Assembly (NCBI GenBank): GCA_964016885.1
Contig: OZ024740.1
Span: forward strand, 4,092,001-4,156,000
Direction of reading: 5' to 3'
Length of the DNA stretch: 64,000 bases
From: Eledone cirrhosa
Taxonomy: Eukaryota
Shown piece by piece: positions 55,101-64,000 of this stretch. How positions within the stretch are numbered: the stretch's first letter is position 1; every line of letters starts with the position of its first letter. The translations under genes were made by a program, and so were the position numbers. A model generated the notes under the pieces. The model was not told the origin of the DNA. It saw only the letters and a list, made by a program, of their open reading frames with translations, and made no database searches.

Positions 55101-58100
55101 ATGTTGTGGTTATTGGAGGTGACTGGTAATATACCATACTACATAACACTGACACATATGGTGGACATTGGAGGTGACTGGTAATATACCATACTACATA
55201 AAACTGACACATGTGGTGGACATTGGAGGTGAGTGGTAATATACCATACTACATAACACTGACACATGTGGTGGACATAGGAGATGACTGGTAATATATC
55301 ATACAACATAACACTGACACATGTGGTTGACATTGGAAGTGACTGGTAATATATCATACAACATAAAACTGACACATGTGGTGGACATTGGAAGTGACTG
55401 GTAATATACAATACTACTTAACACTGACACATGTGGTGGACATTGGAGGTGACTGGTAATATACCATACTACATAACACTGACACATGTAGTGGACATTG
55501 GAGGTGATAGGCAATATACCGTACTACATAACACTGACACATGTGGTGGACATTGGAGGTGACTGGTAATATACCATACTACATAACACTGACACATGTG
55601 GTGGACATTGGAGGTGTCTGGTAATATACCATACTACATAACACTGACATATCTGGTGGACATTGGAGTTCACTGGTAATATACCATACTACATAACACT
55701 GACAGATGTGGTGGACATTGGAGGTGTCTGGTAATATACCATACTACATTACACTGACACATGTGGTGGACATTGGAGGTGACTGGTAATATACCATACT
55801 ACATAACACTGAAACATGTAGTGGACATTGGAGGTGACAGGTGATATACCATACTTCATTACACTGACACATGTTGTGGTCATTGGCGCTGACTGGTAAT
55901 ATACCATACTACATAACACTGACACATGTGGTGGATATTGGATGTGACTGGTAATATACCATACTATATAACACTGACACATGTGGTGGATATTGGCGGT
56001 GACTGGTAATATACCATACTACATAACACTGACACATGTGGTGGACATTGGAGGTGACTGGTAATTTACCATACTAAATAACACTGACACATGTGGTGGA
56101 CATTGGAGGTGGCTGGTAATATACCATACTAAATAACACTGACACATGTGGTGGTTATTTGAGGTGACTTGTAATATACCATACTGCATAACACTGCCAC
56201 ATGTGGTGGACATTGGAGGTGACTGGTAATATACCATACTACATAACACTGACACATGTGGTGGACATTGGAGGTGAGTGGTAATATACCATACTACATA
56301 ACACTGACACATGTGGTGGACATTGGAGGTGACTGGTAATATACCATACTACATAACACTGAAAAATGTGGTGGACATTGGAGTTGACTGGTAATATACC
56401 ATACTACATGAGACTGACACATGTGGTGGACATTGGAGGTGACTGGTAATATATCATACTACATAACACTGACACATGTGGTGGACATTGGATCTGACTG
56501 GTAATATACCATACTACATGAGACTGACACATGTAGTGGACATTGGAGGTGACTGGTAATATACCATACTACATAACACTGATACATGTGGTGGTCATTG
56601 GAGGTGACTGGTAATATACTATACTACATAACACTGACAAATGTGGTGGTCCTTGGAGGTGACTGGTAATATACCATACTACATAACACTGACAAATGTG
56701 GTGGTCATTGGAGGTGACTGGTAATATACCATACTAGATAACACTGACACATGTGGTGGACATTGGATGTGACTGGTAATATACCATACTACATAACACT
56801 GACACATGTGGTGGACATTGGAGGTGACTGGTAATATTCCATACTACATAACACTGACACATGTGGTGGACATTGGATGTGACTGGTAATATACCATACT
56901 ACATAACACTGACATATGTGGTGGACATTGGATGTGACTGGTAATATACCATACTACATGAGACTGACACATGTGGTGGACATTGGAGGTGACTGGTAAT
57001 AGACCATGCTACATAACACTGAAACATGTAGTGGACATTTGAGGTGACAGGTAATATACCATACTACATTACACTGACACATGTTGTGGTCATTGGAGGT
57101 GACTGGTGATATACCATACTACATAACACTGACACATGTAGTGGACATTGGAGGTGACTGTTAATACACCATACTACATAACACTGACACATGTGGTGGT
57201 CATTGGCGGTGACTGGTAATATACCATACTACATTTCAATGACTCATGTGGTGGACATTCGAGTTGACTGGTAATATACCATACTACATGAGACTGACAC
57301 ATGTGGTGGACATTAGAGGTGACTGGTAATATACCATACTACATAACACTGACACATGTAGTGGACATTGGAGGTGATAGGCAATATACCATACTACATA
57401 ACACTGACACATGTGGTGAACATTTGAGGTGACTGGTAATATACCATACTACATAAGACTGACACATGTTGTGGTTATTGGAGGTGACTGGTAATATACC
57501 ATACTACATAAGACTGACACATGTTGTGGTTATTGGAGGTGACTGGTAATATACCTTACTACATAACAATGACACATGTGGTGAACATTTGAGGTGACTG
57601 GTAATATACCATACTACATAAGACTGACACATGTTGTGGTTATTGGAGGTGATAGGCAATATACCATACTACATAACACTGACACATGTGGTGGACATTG
57701 TAGTTGACTGGTAATATACCATACTACATAACACTGACACATGTAGTGGACATTGGAGGTGATAGGCAATATACCATACTACATAACACTGACACATGTG
57801 GTGAACATTTGAGGTGACTGGTAATATACCATACTACATAACACTGACACATGTCGTGGACATTGTAGGTGACAGGTAATATACCATACTACATAACACT
57901 GATACATGTGGTTTACATTGGAGGTAACTGGTAATATACCATACTACATAGACTGATACATGTGGTGGACATTGGGGGTGACTGGTAATATACCATACTA
58001 AATAACACTGACACATGTGGTGGACATTGGAGGTGACTGGTAATATACCATACTAAATAACACTGACACATGTGGTGGTCATTGGAGGTGACTGGTAATA

Positions 58101-61100
58101 TACCATACTGCATAACACTGACACATGTGGTGAACATTGGAGGTGACTTGTAATATACCATACTACATAACACTGACACATATGGTGGACATTGGAGGTG
58201 ACTGGTAATATACCATACTACATAGACTGACACATATGGTGGACATTGGAGGTGACACGTAATATACCATTCTACATAACACTGACACATATGGTGGACA
58301 TTAGAGGTGACTGGTAATATACCATACTACATAACACTGACACATGTGGTGGACATTGGAGGTGAGTGGTAATATACCATACTACATAACACTGACACAT
58401 GTGGTGGACATTAGAGGTGACTGGTAATATACCATACTACATAACACTGACACATGTGGTGGACATTGGAGGTGAGTGGTAATATACCATACTACATAAC
58501 ACTGACACATGTGGTGGACATTGGAGGTGACTGGTAATATACCATACTACATAGACTGACACATATGGTGGACATTGGAGGTGACACGTAATATACCATT
58601 CTACATAACACTGACACATGTGGTAGACATTGGAGGTGACTGGTAATATACCATGCTACATAACACTGACACATGTAGTGGACATTGGAGGTGATAGGCA
58701 ATATACTATACTACATAACACTGACACATGTGGTGAACATTTGAGGTGACCGGTAATATACCATACTACATAAGACTGACACATGTTGTGGTTATTGGAG
58801 GTGACTGGTAATATACCATACTACATAACACTGACACATGTGGTGGACATTGTAGGTGACTGGTAATATACCATACTACATAACACTGAAACATGTGGTT
58901 TACATTGGAGGTGACTGGTAATATACCATACTACATAGACTGACACATGTGGTGGACATTGGAGGTGACAGGTAATATACCATACTAAATAACACTGACA
59001 CATGTGGTGGACATTGGAGGTGACTGGTAATATACCATACTACATAACACTGACACATATGGTGGACATTGGAGGTGACTGGTAATATACCATACTACAT
59101 AACACTGTGGACATTGGAGGTGAGTGGTAATATACCATACTACATAACACTGACACATGTGGTGGACATAGGAGGTGACTGGTAATATATCATACAACAT
59201 AACACTGACACATGTGGTTGACATTGGAAGTGACTGGTAATATATCATACAACATAAAACTGACACATGTGGTGGACATTGGAAGTGACTGGTAATATAC
59301 AATACTACTTAACACTGACACATGTGGTGGACATTGGAGGTGACTGGTAATATACCATACTACATAACACTGACACATGTAGTGGACATTGGAGGTGATA
59401 GGCAATAAACCGTACTACATAACACTGACAAATGTGGTGGACATTGGAGGTGACTGTTAATATACCATACTACATAACACTGACACATGTGGTGGACATT
59501 GGAGGTGTCTGGTAATATACCATACTACATAACACTGACATATCTGGTGGACATTGGAGTTCACTGGTAATATACCATACTACATAACACTGACACATGT
59601 GGTGGACATTGGAGGTGTCTGGTAATATACCATACTACATTACACTGACACATGTGGTGGACATTGGAGGTGACTGGTAATATACCATACTACATAACAC
59701 TGAAACATGTAGTGGACATTGGAGGTGACAGGTAATATACCATACTACATTACACTGACACATGTGGTGGACATTGTAAGTAACTGGTAATATACCATAC
59801 TACATAACACTGACACATGTGGTGGATATTGGATGTGACTGGTAATATACCATACTATATAACACTGACACATGTGGTGGATATTGGAGGTGAATGGTAA
59901 TATACCGTACTACATAACACTGACACATATGGTGGACATTGGAGGTGACTGGTAATTTACCATACTAAATAACACTGACACATGTGGTGGACATTGGAGG
60001 TGGCTGGTAATATACCATACTAAATAACACTGACACATGTGGTGGTCATTGGAGGTGACCGGTAATATACCATACTGCATAACACTGCCACATGTGGTGG
60101 ACATTGGAGGTGACTGGTAATATACCATACTACATAACACTGACACATGTGGTGGACATTGGAGGTGAGTGGTAATATACCATACTACATAACACTGACA
60201 CATGTGGTGGACATTGGAGGTGACTGGTAATATACCATACTACATAACACTGACACATGTGGTGGACATTGGAGTTGACTGGTAATATACCATACTACAT
60301 GAGACTGACACATGTGGTGGACATTGGAGGTGACTGGTAATATATCATACTACATAACACAAACACATGTGGTGGACATTGGATCTGACTGGTAATATAC
60401 CATACTACATGAGACTGACACATGTAGTGGACATTGGAGGTGACTGGTAATATACCATACTACATAACACTGATACATGTGGTGGTCATTGGAGGTGACT
60501 GGTAATATACCATGCTACATAACACTGACAAATGTGGTGGACATTGGAGTTGACTGGTAATATACCATACTACATAACACTGACACATGTGGTGGACATT
60601 GGAGGTGACTGGTAATATACCATACTACATGAGACTGACAAATGTGGTGGTCATTGGAGGTGACTGGTAATATACCATACTACATGAGACTGACACATGT
60701 GGTGGACATTGGAGGTGATTTGTCTTATACCATACTACATAACACTGACACATGTGGTGGACATTGGAGGTGACAGGTAATATACCATACTACATAACAC
60801 TGACACATGTGGTGGACATTGTAGTCGACTGGTAATATAACATACTACATAACACTGGCACATGTGGTGGACATTGGAGGTGACTGGTAATATAACATAC
60901 AACATAACACTGACACATGTGGTGGACATTGGAGGCGACTGGTAATATACCATACTACATAGACTGACACATATGGTGGACATTGGAGGTGACACGTAAT
61001 ATACCATTCTACATAACACTGACACATGTGGTAGACATTGGAGGTGACTGGTAATATACCATGCTACATAACACTGACACATATGGTGGACATTTGAGGT

Positions 61101-64000
61101 GACTAGAAATATACCATACTACATAACAGTGACACATGTGGTGGACATTGGAGGTGAGTGGTAATATACCATACTAGATAATACTGACACATGTGGTGGA
61201 CATTAGAGGTGACTGGTAATATACCATACTACATAACACTGACACATGTGGTGGACATTGGAGGTGAGTGGTAATATACCATACTACATAACACTGACAC
61301 ATGTGGTGGACATTGGATGTGACTGGTTATATACCATACTACATAAACTGACACATATGGTGGACATTGGAGGTGACACGTAATATACAATTCTACATAA
61401 CACTGACACATGTGGTAGACATTGGAGGTGACTGGTAATATACCATGCTACATAACACTGACACATGTAGTGGACATTGGAGGTGATAGGCAATATATCA
61501 TACTACATAACACTGACACATGTGGTGAACATTTGAGGTGACCGGTAATATACCATACTACATAAGACTGACACATGTTGTGGTTATTGGAGGTGACTGG
61601 TAATATACCATACTACATAGACTGACACATGTGGTGGACATTGGAGGTGACTGGAAATATACAATACTACATAACACTGACACATGTGGTGGACATTGGA
61701 GGTGACTGGTAATATACCATACTACATAACACTGACACATGTGGTGGTCATTGGAGGTGACTGGTAATATAGCATACTACATAACACTGACACATGTGGT
61801 GGTTATTAGAGGTGACTGGTAATATACCATACTACATAACACTGACACATGTGGTGGACATTGGAGGTGACTGGTAATATACCATACTACATAATACTGA
61901 CACATGTGGTGGACATTGTAGGTGACTGGTAATATACCATACTACATAGACTGACACATGTGGTGGACATTGGAGGCGACAGGTAATATACCATTCTACA
62001 TAACACTGACACATGTGGTAGACATTGGAGGTGACTGGTAATATACCATGCTACATAACACTGACACATGTAGTGGACATTGGACGTGATAAACAATATA
62101 CCATACTACATAACACTGACACATGTGGTGGTCATTGGAGGTGACTGGTAATATACTATACTCCATGAGACTGACACATGTAGTGGACATTGGAGGTGAC
62201 TGGTAATATACTATACTACATAACACTGACACATGTGGTGGTCATTGGAGGTGACTGGTAATATATCATACAACATGACACTGACACATGTGGTGGACAT
62301 TGGAGGTGACTGGTAATATATCATACTACATAACACTGACACATGTAGTGGACATTGGAGGTGACTGGTATTATACCATACTACATATCACTGACACATG
62401 TGGTGGTCATTGGAAGTGACTGGTAATATACCATACTACATAACACTGACACATGTGGTGGACATTGGAGGTGACTGGTAATATACCATACTACATAACA
62501 CTGACACATGTGGTGGACATTGGAGGTGTCTGGTAATATACCATACTACATTACAGTGACACAGGTGGTGGACATTGAAAGTAACTGGTAATATACCATA
62601 CTACATAACACTGACACATGTGGTGGACATTGGAGGTGACTGGTAATATACCATACTACATAACACTGACACATGTGGTGGACATTGGAGGTGTCTGGTA
62701 ATATACCATACTACATTACACTGACACAGGTGGTGGACATTGTAGATGACTGGTAATATACCATACTACATAACACTGACACATGTGGTGGACATTGGAG
62801 GTGACTGGTAATATACCATACTACATAACACTGACACATGTGGTGGACATTGGTGGTGTCTGGTAATATACCATACTACATTACACTGACACAGGTGGTG
62901 GACATTGAAAGTAACTGGTAATATACCATACTACATAACACTGACACATGTGGTGGACATTGGAGGTGACTGGTAATATACCATACTAAATAACACTGTC
63001 CCATGTGGTGGACATTGGAGGTGACTGGTAATAAACCATACTACATAACACTGACACATGTGGTGGATATTGGAGGTGACTGGTAATATACCATACTAAA
63101 TAACACTGACCCATGTGGTGGACATTGGAGGTGACTGGTAATAAACCATACTACATAACACTGACACATGTGGTGGACATTGGAGGTGACTGGTAATATA
63201 CCATACTAAATAACACTGACACATGTGGTGGACATTGGAGGTGACTGGTAATATACCATACTACATAACACTGACACATGTGGTGGACATTGGTGGTGAC
63301 TGGTAATATACCATACTAAATAACACTGACACATGTGGTGGACATTGGAGGTGACTGGTAATATACCATACTACATAACACTGACACATGTGGTGGACAT
63401 TGGAGTTGACTGGTAATATAACATACTAAATAACACTGACACATGTGGTGGACTTTGGAGGTGACTGGTAATATACCATACTACATAACACTGACACATA
63501 TGGTGGACATTGGAGGTGACTGGTAATATACCATTCTACATAACACTGACACATGTGGTGGATATTGGAGGTGACTGGTAATATACCATACTACATAACA
63601 CTGACACATGTGGTGGATATTGGAGGTGACTGGTAATATAACCATACTACATAACACTGACACATGTGGTGGTCATTGGAGGTGACTGGTAATATACCAT
63701 TCTACATAACACTGACACATGTAGTGGACATTGGGGGTGACTGGTAATATATCATTCTACATAACACTGACACATGTAGTGGACATTGGGGGTGACTGGT
63801 AATATACCATTCTACATAACACTGACACATGTAGTGGACATTGGGGGTGACAGGTAATATACCATACTACATAACACTGACACATGTAGTGGACATTGGG
63901 GGTGACTGGTAATATACCATTCTACATAACACTGACACATGTAGTGGACATTGGAGGTGACTGGTAATATACCATTCTACATAACACTGACACATGTAGT
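34195..64000. repeat. 55-bp satellite array (about 540 monomers in window, continues past the window end) with higher-order structure
   Basis: Consensus gactggtaatataccatactacataacactgacacatgtggtggacattggaggt, head to tail with no spacers. Occasional 54-bp variants (catagactg). Ordered series of variant monomers recur every 3-5 kb. Confidence 0.99.

Noticed and set aside
34545-63663. Many short Cys/His-rich ORFs (MCQCYVVWYITSHLQCPPH) resembling zinc fingers
   Set aside because: Translations of the 55-bp satellite; 55 is not a multiple of 3 and stops recur regularly.
34195-64000. CRISPR-like array
   Set aside because: Monomers are contiguous with no unique spacers, there are no cas genes, and the context is eukaryotic.

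Overview
Animal genomic DNA, most likely an octopus or other coleoid cephalopod (inferred from the SINE families and (TA)n-rich architecture). No host protein-coding gene could be supported. Bases 1-20 kb and 32-34 kb are a mosaic of decayed mobile elements set in microsatellites: Penelope-like element (PLE) pieces including a palindromic GIY-YIG insertion, RTE, CR1 and CRE-type non-LTR retrotransposon fragments, tRNA-derived SINEs and MITEs. 20.4-32.0 kb is a 16-20 bp minisatellite interrupted by an internally deleted IR/DR Tc1 transposon. From 34.2 kb to the end is a 55-bp satellite with kilobase-scale higher-order repeats. The most notable signal outside the ORF track is a set of six type I hammerhead-ribozyme-like motifs (some degenerate) plus two half motifs. 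They differ in sequence and lie mostly in short (TA)n-flanked modules, several of which show a fold-back-plus-tail PLE architecture. Hammerheads in PLEs are known; I cannot establish from sequence alone that these families are new. All folds and alignments were done by eye. Nearly all long ORFs in the track are repeat artefacts.
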